Positions 1 to 12,439 of a stretch of DNA of 64,000 bases are shown one piece after another. Below the pieces are notes generated by a model. It had not been told where the DNA came from and made no database searches. It worked only from the letters and a program-made list of their open reading frames with translations. Positions within the stretch are counted from its first letter, which is position 1. Each line of letters starts with the position of its first letter. Position numbers and translations under genes: made by a program. The stretch covers positions 23,312,001 through 23,376,000 of the forward strand of contig OZ024748.1 in assembly GCA_964016885.1 (NCBI GenBank), in the 5' to 3' direction. Source of the stretch: Eledone cirrhosa. Taxonomy: Eukaryota.

Positions 1-225
1 CAAAAACAAAGCAAAGAGTGCAGTACACACTGTTAGTATTATACGCTTATATATATATACGTGTGTGAGTGTTGACGATGCTGAAAATGATAGTTCTCGT
101 GGAAACGAAGAGCTATTTCGTGCGTAAAGGGTTTTTTAAAGAATTCAAAAGGAGTACACAAAAAGTATTTATACCCGAATAAAATATTCTTTGGTACAGC
201 CAAAACAGAAGCTTGGCCACACAAA

Positions 226-283
<58 letters not shown>

Positions 284-287
<4 letters not shown>

Positions 288-486
288 CGTACTCCTGCAG
301 ATGAGGGTTGCACATTTTTTCGGGGGTATGTGTTACCCATATAAACTGTCTCCCCCTATTGGGGAAAATCGACTAACTTTTTAAATTGCATTTGTGATAA
401 CATTTTACACGTTTTTATTGTATGTAAACTTCCCCCTTTGTATTTGTCCCCTTCTTTTGTGCCCCTGTGGCTAATAAAGAAACATA
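284..486 (+). mobile_element. 3' UTR fragment of an L1-Tx1-like LINE embedded in (TCTA)n
   Basis: Near-identical to 46174-46376. Ends in AATAAA followed by (TATC)n and is preceded by (TCTA)n. Confidence 0.65.
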
Positions 487-549
487 TCTAACTATCTATC
501 TATCTATTTATCTGTGTGTGTGTGCGTGCGCACGCACGATCTATTAACG

Positions 550-757
550 CAGTGGTTCTCAGCCTTATTTTGCCAACGGCACACCTTGGAACACATGAAA
601 AAATAGCGGTACACCTGGCTAAATATATATGAAAAATATTTGAATTTTACAAAATAAAAATTGGGATCACGTGGTTTTTCGCATTTTCTTAGTGTGCAGT
701 TCAAAATTTCGCGGCACACTTAGGAAGATCTCGCTGCACACTGGTTGAGAATCACTG
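550..757. mobile_element. hAT (Charlie-like) MITE
   Basis: TIRs CAGTGGTTCTCA / TGAGAATCACTG. 8-bp TSD tattaacg (542-549) / cattaacg (758-765). Confidence 0.8.
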
Positions 758-1927
758 CATTAACGTATACGTGTATGACCTCGATATCGCAACATTTCTC
801 GCATAAGTTAAATATTTTTTTTAATCTCATTTAGAGATGAGATCTGATCGACGTAGCTGACGTGTCAATATGCACGAACATTCAAATTGCAACCTTGAAA
901 CATTTGCAGTTCCCGATACATTCTAACTATAAATTAGATATTCAAACCCGTGAGGGGCTCACAGCAGAGAAACCCGACACGCATAGCAAAATGCACATAT
1001 GAAACAATCCTTCGCTTTTTTCGTATATCTTTTCCACATTCCTCTATCCACGTGTGGATCAATTGCGCATAAATAGATCGGGTAGTTGCAGATTACAGTG
1101 ACCCACCCTTCGTTCATTTAATACCGCGTACCTCCTTCACCAGTTGAATCGGTTACACAAGAATTGATCTAGTTATATGCAGACAGTGAGGCCGTATATC
1201 ATGTCTAGTATCGTACTTAAATAATTTTTCAGGGCCGTTAATGCCTAAATACTCCTTGAACGGATTAGTTACTTTCATATGGATCGATGTTATACACATC
1301 AACAAGAGAGACGCAAAGGATTTGATAAAGAACGTAAGATTCGCAGGCAGAATATTAAATGAACGATTAGATCCGACTCTATTATTGAGATGGGCTTAGC
1401 CAGGTTTCAAAATATTCCCAAGAAAAGCCATATGTCACTGTGACGCCTCTACAAGTTACGGGTAAAAGAGAGAGAAATATATACTTGATAGCATATGGTT
1501 ATCTATTCTTTCTCTTTTACTTTTCATAGACATGAAATCTTAGGATTCTATGGCTATTAACACTTATGCCAAGTATCTTGTTATTTTGCAGCTACAGAAG
1601 TAATTTTGGATCTCTGAGCTTTACAGAATCTTTCTTGTTTTGATAGGCATAACATTTTACTATCTGAGTAAAAAGTATTATTTCCTCGCTATTTTCTTTA
1701 GCATTAAGAGATATATCACATGCTGTGACAAAGATACTATGTAGTGGAGTGTTGATATACTTGTATAAGTATCCTCTCTCTAGGTCTGAGTAAACAGAGA
1801 GAGAGGGGGAGAGAGAGAAAGAGAGAGTGTGAGAGAGGAGGGTAAGAGAGAAAGAGAGAGTGTGAGAGAGAGAGAGGGAGAGAGAGAAGAAGAAAAGATA
1901 TAGAAGAGTCGAGCCGACTCCAATACT

Positions 1928-2113
1928 GGACTGGGCAGTATCGGTAGAGCGTCAGACACCATGCTTTGCAGCATAGAGTTATGACCCTTTACCTTCTGAG
2001 TTCAAATCCTGTCGAGGTTAACTTTGCCTTTCATCCTTGCGGGGTCGATAAAATAAAGCACCAGTAATGCACTGGGAAAAATTGCTGGCCTTGTGCCAAA
2101 ATTAGAAACAATT
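1928..2113 (+). mobile_element. tRNA-derived SINE with Nin/Deu-type domain
   Basis: A-box-like ggcagtatcggtagagc, B-box gagttcaaatcc, domain gcctttcatcctt-cggggtcgataaaat. About 10 homologous copies occur in the window. Confidence 0.85.
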
Positions 2114-2129
2114 ATTTTTTTCGGCTTCG

Positions 2130-2228
2130 AAAGAAAATTTTGACATCAGTGAAGTTTGAACCCAGTGTGGGAAGAGCCGGAACAAAGCATTCTATCTGAT
2201 GTTCTAACAACTCTGCCAATTCACCACT
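2130..2228 (-). mobile_element. Diverged tRNA-SINE head
   Basis: Reverse complement reads gtggtgaattggcagagttgttagaac...gggttcaaac, similar to 44820-44900. Confidence 0.55.
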
Positions 2229-2696
2229 TCGACCACGCTATATAAATGACTTAATTCTATTTACCGTAGACTTAATCTTCAATTACATTTTCAAATATAC
2301 TACAGAAATATCAACAGTAGAGTGTAGGACTAAATACCGGATACATTGTGATTTTAAATCTTGTTGGCATTTACGTTTCTGCATGATGAAACATACTGGG
2401 CTCGATTTAGTTCACCAAACCATCTCACTTCAATATTTCGCTTCCTACGATGTAGAAATTAATCGATATTAACATGCCCGAATATTTTATCGATCAATCG
2501 ATGCTAGTATTGGAAATGAAAAGGGGTTGGAACCTAAATGTAACAAGCCTATAGTAGTTTCTAGCTCACACAGGAATAATAAAGTTACTGGTAATAGTGA
2601 AGAGGCTGGAGAAGCTTGTATCATAGACACAATTATAGGGAAACAGCATTGATAACAACTTGGTACTTTCTAATACTACGGTAAATACATACATAA

Positions 2697-2791
<95 letters not shown>

Positions 2792-2856
2792 GAAACACAC
2801 TTGTACGTGCACAGACGCACATATATATGCTGTATACACACATATACTGTATAAAT

Positions 2857-3227
<371 letters not shown>

Positions 3228-3336
3228 GCCGAGGAAGAATAATTGTGTCTGTGTGTCTTAGTATATATTATGTGGATAATGGTAAATAAACAAGTTCACA
3301 CACGAACACATCGTAAATATATATATACATATATAT

Positions 3337-3367
<31 letters not shown>

Positions 3368-3934
3368 AATACATATACATATATATATATGTATGTGTGC
3401 GTGTGTCTGTCTGTATGTGTGTGTGTGTGTCTGTCTGTCTGTCTGTATGTGTGTGTGTATGAATGTGTGTATGTGAGTGTGAGTGTTACACATGTTCCTA
3501 TATGTGAATTGTTGCACGAAATACCATTATCCTCTAATGGATAACATCACCTCTCTATCATTCTTATATTCTACTCTGCTTCCTTTCTCTCTTTCCCGCC
3601 ACCTTTTCTTCATTCTCTTTTCCATATTCGCCCATTCTGATATTCCGAAATTGCTCTCTAATTTTAATTTCGCTAGATCTCTTAGTGAGGTCATATAACT
3701 GACCCTTTCACTCGGATATTAAAATGTCAGCGGCTTAAGCTACCACTCAGCCGTCATGTACAACCCTCTACAAGTACTTGTAATATACGTTTATCAACAG
3801 AAACCTCAAAAATATTCTTCAACAACCTAGATTAATTTAACACCTGAACGCCCCCCCCCCATTGGGGGGGGGGGGGGTGCATCCCATCTGAGAATGGATC
3901 CTTGTGAAGTAGAGTGGCTGATGCAGTGGATGTC

Positions 3935-4630
3935 ACCGGCTGTTCTCCGCCATTTTGTCCACGGGGTAGCAAGATATCATGTCTGGGCTGGAGTGTAAAA
4001 TCAGCCGTCTGTTCTCCGCAATTTTGTCCACAGAGTACCACCAAGATATCCTGTCTGGGCTGGAGTGTTAAATCAGCCGTCTATTCTCCGCCATTTTGTC
4101 CACAGAGTACCACCAAGATATCCTGTCTGGGCTGGAGTGTAAAACAGCCGTCTTTTCTCCGCCATTTTGTCTACAGAGTACCAAGATGTCCTGTCTGGGC
4201 TTAAGTCTAGAATCTGCTGTCTGTTCTCCCCCATTTTGTCCACAGAGTACCAAGATATCCTGTCTGGGCTGAAGTCTAGAATCTGCTGTCTGTTCTCCGC
4301 CATTTTGTCCACAGAGAACCAAGATATCCTGTCTGGGCTGAAGTCTAAAATCTGCTGTCTGTTCTCCGCCATTTTGTCCACAGAGTACCAAGATATCCTG
4401 TCTGGGCTGAAGTCTAGAATCTGCTGTCTGTTCTCCGCCATTTTGTCCACAGAGTAGCAAGATGTCCTGTCTGGGCTGAAGTCTAGAATCTGCTGTCTGT
4501 TCTCCGCCATTTTGTCCACAGAGTACCAAGATATCCTGTCTGGGCTGAAGTCTAGAATCTGCTGTCTGTTCTCCGCCATTTTGTCCACAGAGTACCAAGA
4601 TATCTTGTCTGAATTGAAGTCTAGAATCTC
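3935..4630. repeat. ~69-bp minisatellite, ~10 copies
   Basis: Unit ctgttctccgccattttgtccacagagtaccaagatatcctgtctgggctgaagtctagaatctgctgt. Produces the 23-aa period in ORF 4068..4640. Confidence 0.95.
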
Positions 4631-4679
4631 GTACTTTCACTATATATTTCTTCTTTTTATTTGTTGCTTTTTAAATGGT

Positions 4680-5765
4680 AGTGGTGATGTTGTGTTGATG
4701 GTGGTCGTTATATTTGTGTTGTAGTGGTGGTAGATTGTAGTGTGGGTTATGGTAGTCGTTGTGGTTGTGATAGTGGTTGTGGTTGTGATGGTGGTTGTGG
4801 TTGTGGTAGTGGTTGTGGTTGAGGTAGTGGTTGTGGTTGTGATAGTGGTTGTGATGGTGGTTGTGGTTGTGATGGTGGTTGTGGTTGAGGTAGTGGTTGT
4901 GGTTGTAATGGTGGTTGTGATGGTGGTTGTGGTTGTGGTAGTGGTTGTGGTTGTGATGGCGGTTGTGGTTGAGGTAGTGGTTGTGGTTGTGATGGTGGTT
5001 GTGATGGTGGTTGTGGTTGTGGTAGTGGTTGTGGTTGTGATGGTGGTTGTGGTTGTGGTAGTGGTTGTGGTTGAGGTAGTGGTTGTGGTTGTGATGGTGG
5101 TTGTGGTTGTAGTACTGGTTGTGGTTGAGGTAGTGGTTGTGGTTGTGATGGTAGTTGTGGTTGTGATGGTGGTTGTGGTAGTGGTTGGGGTTGTGATGGC
5201 GGTTGTGGTTGAGGTAGTGGTAGTGGTTGTGGTTGTGATGGTGGTTGTGGTTGTGGTAGTGGTTGTGGTTGAGGTAGTGGTTGTGGTTGTGATGGTGGTT
5301 GTGGTTGTGATGGTTGTTGTGGTTGTGATCCTGGTAGTGGTTGTGGCAGTAATGGTGGCTGTTGTGTGTTGATGGTGGTGGGTGTGGTTGTAGTAGTGAT
5401 TGTGGTAGTGGTTGTTGTGTGTTGATGGTGGTGGTAGATTGTAGTATGGGTTTTACTAGTGGTTGTGGTTGTAATGGTGGTTGTGGTTGTGGTAGTGATT
5501 ATCGTTGTAATGGTGGTTGTTGTGTTCTGTTGTGGTAGTGGTCGTGGTGGTAGTAGTGGGGTTGTGGTGGTGGAGATAGTGTAGGTGGTGTCTGTGTAAA
5601 GGTGATGTTTTTGTATTGTTGTGGTGGCTGTAATGGTGGTGGTGACTGCGGCAGTGATGGTGGTTGTTGTGGTCCTGATGTCTGTATAATGGTGATTGTA
5701 GTTGTGATGGTACTGGCTGATGTATTTGTTGTGGTAATATGTGTTGTAGTTGTTTTAGTTGTCAT
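4680..5765. repeat. GTG/GTT/ATG trinucleotide-mosaic low-complexity block
   Basis: Direct inspection. Confidence 0.9.
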
Positions 5766-5774
5766 GTCTCTATA

Positions 5775-6145
5775 GTGGTGACGTGTGTATGTTGTGACGT
5801 GTGTCTGTTGTGACGTGTGTCTGTTGTGACGTGTGTATGTTGTGACGTGTGTCTGTTGTGACGTGTGTCTGTTGTGACGTGTGTCTGTTGTGACGTGTGT
5901 ATGTTGTGACGTGTATGTTGTGACGTGTGTCTGTTGTGACGTGTGTACGTTGTGACGTGTGTCTGTTGTGACGTGTGTATGTTGTGACGTGTGTATGTTG
6001 TGACGTGTGTCTGTTGTGACGTGTGTATGTTGTGACGTGTGTATGTTGTGACGTGTGTATGTTGTGACGTGTGTCTGTTGTGACGTGTGTATGTTGTGAC
6101 GTGTGTATGTTGTGACGTGTGTCTGTTGTGACGTGTGCCTGTTGT
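5775..6145. repeat. 16-bp minisatellite (tgtgacgtgtgtMtgt)n
   Basis: Direct inspection. Confidence 0.95.
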
Positions 6146-6712
6146 GATGGTGGTTGTTGTGATTGTGGTGATGGTGGTGTTTGTAGTAGTGGTGGTGGTG
6201 ATGGCGGTGTTGGTCGTTGTCTGTCTCTCTAGTGATGATGTGTGTATGTTGTGACGGGTGTCTGTTGTGATGGTGATGTTAGTAGTAGTAGTAGTAGTAA
6301 TGGCAATGGTGGTGGTGGTGGTGGTGGTGGTGGTGGTGGTGGTGGTAGTGGTGGCGGTGGTGGTGGTGTTTGTAGTAGTAGTAGTAGCAGTAGTTGTTGT
6401 GGTGGCGCCTGTGGCGGGGGGAGACGACAGTAAGCAAGCAGTGTATAAATAAGGTAACACAATGGAAGTGTGTAGAAAGATGAAGGAATGTGAAGTATTC
6501 TGTTAGTGTTTACCTGTGTGAATACCTGTCGACCTGTATCCCCACCCACGCTTGGCAGTCAGCCAGCCATACCTTCGGCACCACCATCTCCACATCTACA
6601 ATCCTCCGCCCTTCCCTACCATGCCGCCATATTTATCAGCATTTGCTACATAAGTCAGACGATGTTTATGTAAGTTTAGATTCTGGGAGCCAACATTTTT
6701 GTCACCGGGCCA

Positions 6713-6953
6713 ATGGTGTTGTTGCTGTTGCTGTTGCTGTTGTTGGTGGTGGTGTTGTTGTTGTTGTTGTTGGTGGTGGTGTTGTTGTTGGTGGTGGTGG
6801 TGTTGTTGTTGTTGTTGGTGTTGTTGTTGGTGGTGGTGGTGGTGGTGTTGGTGGTGGTGGTGGTGATGTTGTTGTTGTTGGTGGTGGTGTTGTTGTTGTT
6901 GTTGGTGGTGGTGGTGGGGGTGGTGATGGTATTGTTGTTGTTGGTGGTGATGG

Positions 6954-6984
<31 letters not shown>

Positions 6985-7318
6985 GTTGTTGTTGGTGTTG
7001 TTGTTGGTGGTGGTGTTGTTGTTGTTGGTGGTGGTGTTGTTGTTGTTGTTGGTGGTGGTGGTTTTGGTGGTGGTGGTGGTGATGTTGTTGTTGTTGGTGG
7101 TGGTGGTGTTGTTGTTGTTGTTGGTGGTGGTGTTGTTGTTGTTGGTGTTGTTGTTGGTGGTGGTGGTGGTGATGTTGTTGTTGTTGTTGGTGGTGGTGTT
7201 GTTGTTGGTGGTGGTGGTGATGTTGTTGTTGTTGTTGGTGGTGGTGGTGTTGGTGGTGGTGGTGGTGATGTTGTTGTTGGTGGTGGTGGTGTTGTTGTTG
7301 TTGTTGTTGTTGGTGTTG

Positions 7319-7350
<32 letters not shown>

Positions 7351-7388
7351 GGTGATGGCGTTGTTGATGTTGTTGTTGGTGGTTGTGA

Positions 7389-7419
<31 letters not shown>

Positions 7420-7424
7420 GATGG

Positions 7425-7455
<31 letters not shown>

Positions 7456-7460
7456 GATGG

Positions 7461-7491
<31 letters not shown>

Positions 7492-7496
7492 GATGG

Positions 7497-7527
<31 letters not shown>

Positions 7528-7640
7528 GATGGTGTTGTTGTTGTTGTTGTTGGTGGTGGTGGTGATGGTGTTGTTGTTGTTGTTGGTGGTGGTGGTGTTG
7601 TTGTTGGTGGTGGTGGTGATGTTGTTGGTGGTGGTGGTGA

Positions 7641-7671
<31 letters not shown>

Positions 7672-7676
7672 GATGG

Positions 7677-7710
<34 letters not shown>

Positions 7711-7750
7711 GATGGTGTTGTTGTTGTTGTTGGCTGTGGTGGTGGTGGTG

Positions 7751-7782
<32 letters not shown>

Positions 7783-8110
7783 GGTGGTGTTGTTGTTGTT
7801 GTTGGCTGTGGTGGTGGTGGTGGTGTTGTTGTTGTTGTTGTTGTTGGTGGTGGTGGTGTTGTTGTTGGTGGTGGTGGTGATGTTGTTGGTGGTGGTGGTG
7901 ATGTTGTTGGTGGTGGTGGTGATGTTGTTGTTGTTGTTGGTGATGGTGGTGTTGTTGTTGTTGGTGGTGTTGTTGTTGGTGGTGGTGGTGGTGTTGTTGG
8001 TAGTGGTGGTGTTGTTGTTGGTGGTGGTGGTGTTGTTGGTGGTGGTAGTGGTGGTGTTGTTGTTGTTGTTGGTGGTGGTGTTGTTGGTGGTGGTGGTGGT
8101 GGTGGTGGTG
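6713..8110. repeat. (GGT)n/(GTT)n mosaic microsatellite
   Basis: Direct inspection. Stop-free in several frames by composition. Confidence 0.95.
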
Positions 8111-8399
8111 TGTCACCCCGGGTGTCAATTACTATAACAATGGCTTGACTCTTACCTTGGAAGCCTGTCAAATGGACTGTACCTGCAATTTAAAGGGCTA
8201 GCCAGGTTACAGAATGTGTCATGCTGAATCTCCCTTAGAATTACGTTGTCGGTACACGTGTCTGTGAAATGTTCAGTCACTTACGCGCTAATATCCTTTG
8301 TTGACTGACCAACTAAAACACTCATTGGATGAGGATCCAGTTCATTAGCGGCGGTGGGGTGGGGTGGGGTGAATTTTAGAAGTTTTGGAGAGGAAGCAC

Positions 8400-8660
8400 C
8401 ATAGTCAGATGGTTTAGAAGTTAACCTCAGGTCCCGTATTCGATCTTAATGTGTGGTATCTTGGGCAAGTATCCCAAGATCTGTGAGCGAAATTGGGTAG
8501 ACGGAAACTATGCAGAAGTCCATCGAATGAACTGTACCTGTAATTGAAAGGATCAGTCTTTTAACACAGTGCCCCGCTGGAGTTGCACGAGAACTGTGGA
8601 GCACTCAGCTACATACACGTTGATTCAATGAACAGATAGTTCAGTTGATCGAACAACTAT
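8400..8660 (+). mobile_element. Diverged CORE-type SINE (octopus OR-like) plus a 3' segment related to 8160-8320
   Basis: ttgggcaagt core and tgtgagcgaaattgggtagacggaaact motif. The tgtacctg-aatt-aaagg segment is shared with 8175-8200. Confidence 0.5.
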
Positions 8661-9689
8661 TAATTTTTAGTAATAAGTACTTATGTTGTAATGGTAGCAG
8701 AAAGGCGTTCAAGAGAGATTCACAATGGTACAATTGATGAAGGTAGCAATTGGATGCTGGACTGATATGTTAGTAGAGATTACCACTTCAGGAAAACAGA
8801 GATCTAATAATGATGTACATATTCCATGGTAGCTGAAAAGATCAGAAGGCATATTTCAAAAAATAATAAAGATTTATTTTCTTCTTCATATTAGTACAAT
8901 GCGAGTGGAGAGCTGCAAACGTATCGCATAATCAAGTTGAATGAGAAATGTAATTCTCCACAGAGTTATATATCGAGATTAACCTCGGCTTTAGAGGGCA
9001 AGATCAAGAAAATCAGGAAGCGAGTTACATGGTACTGCTCAGTAGAAGATCCCGAACGTAACTGTGGGAGAATTGATAAGTAGGCGCGAAATCGACTGCT
9101 GGGCGGAAGTCGTTCTTAGTATTCCTACGCCACCAACTCTAAGGGCTGGCGACTGACCAAACAAGACAAAATTATTCCGCCACGATAAAGTAGTGCCATT
9201 GCTTGCTACAAATTAATACTCGTCGTCAAAATCGACGGAGATCCATTTATTTATTACTTGTACTTTTACAGCAGAGTGATTCAGATAGGACGAGAGAGTG
9301 ACTATGGGTGAAATGACAGATGGAATAGAGGGTAGATAGAATCAGAAACCATGGTATAAATAGCGAAAGAGATCAGATGATACTGTTTTATGATGTGAAA
9401 ATATATTATATGTTGATAATGAGTAAAGCTTATCCATTTGATGCTAACTACTTTATATGTAGTTAGAGATTTATGAGAATTCTATTACTGACATGGTTAT
9501 AGAGTTGTTAAGGACTGAGTTATATTTTTATGTTGAACAGCATAGGCACAGTCCGAACACCTTCTGATAAGTTCTCATTTATATATACACACACGAATAT
9601 GTACATATATACACATACGTATATATATATATGTGTTTGTGTATATATACATATATGTATGTATATGTGTATATGAATATGTATATTTG

Positions 9690-9725
<36 letters not shown>

Positions 9726-9904
9726 CAAATATACATATTCATACATACATATATGTGTATATATATATGCAGAGGTTATATTTAATTTGTTGGGATTCAA
9801 CAAGCTTAAACATTTTTATAACTGATATAAAGCACTCAACAAGTAAGTGGAGTAAATACACAATATATTAATAAATGGAAACTATATTTATAAAACCATA
9901 TTTA

Positions 9905-9966
9905 TTTTATTATACATATTTCAAGGGCAACCAAGGCAAATTATGGTGCGCTTTCATCAGATAAAA
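9905..9966 (-). ncRNA. Type I hammerhead ribozyme
   Basis: ttttat-CTGATGA-aagcgcacc..ggttgccctt-GAAA-tatgta-TA/ataaaa. The host element ends at ~9769 in (TA)n. Confidence 0.75.
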
Positions 9967-10135
9967 TACAGATTTGTTTTATAAATAAATATTGACATAC
10001 CCGGAAAAAAGACAACCTTAATGGTTGGGGCTTCCTGGATAGTGGAGATAGTACATTTATTGAGGGTAATACAAAGTTATGAGTGAGTATGCAAATGAGT
10101 GTCCGAAAGGTTGAAAAGATAACGGTTTATTCGCT

Positions 10136-10400
10136 GAAAACAGGAATGACTAGGCAGGAAGAATTGGTCAGAAGGAGGAAATTTATTGAGAGTTCATTCC
10201 TTAACATGTGTTTCTGTACAATATCAGTCTACAAGCGCTGACTGCATGGTCCTATGCTCAATCGCAAGCATTGCGTAAAGATAGACTGATATTGTACAGA
10301 AACATGTTAAGGAATGAACTCTCAATAAATTTCCTCCTTCTGACCAATTCTTCCTGCCTAGTCATTCCTGTTTTCCCTGGTACTATACTATACGTATTAC

Positions 10401-10405
<5 letters not shown>
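10136..10405 (+). mobile_element. PLE-type fold-back element (arms 10136-10231 / 10282-10375) with HHR 3' half
   Basis: ~95-bp inverted arms, GAAAC-(ac)at-GTT-aagg, ends in (TA)n. Confidence 0.6.
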
Positions 10406-10481
<76 letters not shown>

Positions 10482-11111
10482 GGTGTGTGTGTGTGTGCGT
10501 ATATATATATATATATTATTGCACACAGAAGAAACTCCAGAGAAACAATACCTAAATTTGGGTTTAATAAAGAAAATATTAATATCTATTGTGGCATTTA
10601 GCACCCAATCTCACAACCGAGAATAACGCTTTTGGTTAAAATTAGTTATACAGTATAATCATCATTTCTCAATCGCCAAGTCAGCTCACTGTCTCACACC
10701 GTCACAATCTATCTACACATATCGCTAAACATTTTTTTTCTTTCACTTATTAGATAAACACTTTCCGAAGAATCAAATATAAAATTTCTACTAGAAATAA
10801 CGTTAAGTTTAGCGTCAGCTGAACAACACAATTTCGTAAGAGAAATAGCTAACATAAAAAATCTTAAACAACTATTTACATGAATTATTTCCCGCTTATG
10901 TAGCTGGAATTACCAATTAGATCACTCGCGTCTTGCGAAATGGATAATTATTGTGCAAAAGAATTTATAGCTGATAATTCACTTTCCAAAGACTATTGAA
11001 TTAATTGAAAATGAAGTTAAACGGCGATTTAAGCAGCATCAATATTTTGTCAGAAATCCGGAAAGATCTTTGGACACAAGCTCAGCAAAATATATTAGGT
11101 CTTTAAAATAT

Positions 11112-11301
11112 AATTGTTTCTACTTTTGGCACAAGGCCAGCAATTATCCCAGTGTATTACTGGTACTTTATTTTATCGACCCCCTAAGGATGAAAGGCAA
11201 AGTTAACCTCGACAGGATTTGAACTCAGACCGTAAAAGGCCGTAACTCTTTGCTGAAAAGCATGGTATCCGACCCTCTACTGACACTGCAAAACCCCCAC
11301 C
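11112..11301 (-). mobile_element. Nin/Deu-domain tRNA SINE
   Basis: Homologous to 48832-49020. Confidence 0.85.
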
Positions 11302-11869
11302 AAAATAATGGTAAGAACTATTATATAGTTTGGAATATACTATTGCAACATACGAAGTCTTATATAGAGGATAACAATATATTCACTTTTAGAGAAAATG
11401 AAATACTATTTTAGAAGGTGTTCCATTTTTAAGACCCGTTCAGAGTTAACATTTTTGATCGTCACAAATCAAAATACTAAAATATATACTGAATAACCGA
11501 ATTGTCGCATAATACATTATTCCATGCTCTAAAAAAATATCAAAACTTTTCTTTAGTGAATGTGAATTTTAAAAATCATTATTTTTGTCGTAATATATCA
11601 TCAAACAGATAAGTAGGCAAACTACTGATAGCCTTATACAAAACGTTATAACTACATCAAAAGCTTTAATAATATTTATAACCTCATCCAAAGCTTTCTA
11701 TAATTTATTGGCGTATAAGATACAGAATTGTCTCATTTATTATGTTGACTGCTTCAAAATCGGTAAAACGTGAAACTAATAGTCCAAATGAAAGTAATCT
11801 CTGCTTTAAACTAAATTTATAACCTACTCTGGAACCTCGTATTAACTATACTTCACAACTGGACCACTT

Positions 11870-11946
<77 letters not shown>

Positions 11947-12070
11947 GGTGTGTATATATATATATATATATATGTATGTATACATAATCTTTTCATACTA
12001 TACCAAGCTTTAAACTAATATATATTTTCATTGTCCTCTATTGCTTACTTTTTGTTCCCGTTTACTTTTC

Positions 12071-12116
<46 letters not shown>

Positions 12117-12148
12117 GTGTGTGTGTGTGTAAAAAGATATACTTTTCG

Positions 12149-12195
<47 letters not shown>

Positions 12196-12439
12196 GTGTG
12201 TGTGTGTGTAAAAAGATATACATTCTAACGAGTAGTGTAGTGAGATAGTGTCAATCACAAAACCCATGGAGAGAAGCAAACAGCCCCTAAAAGTACACAC
12301 CACCCTCTCTGTACAGAGAATTGTGTGGTGTTAAGGCCCTGTTTAGTGAGAATAGGGGGCTGGGGTAAAGATTGACACAGAAAAAAAAAACGGTTTTGGT
12401 GATTACATCACATGATTATCTCTCTAAGTAGATTCAACT

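Noticed and set aside
1233-1333. Possible exon (tttttcag/.../gtaaga, open frame PLMPKYSLNGLVTFIWIDVIHINKRDAKDLIKN)
   Set aside because: No recognisable homology or partner exons, and such matches arise by chance.
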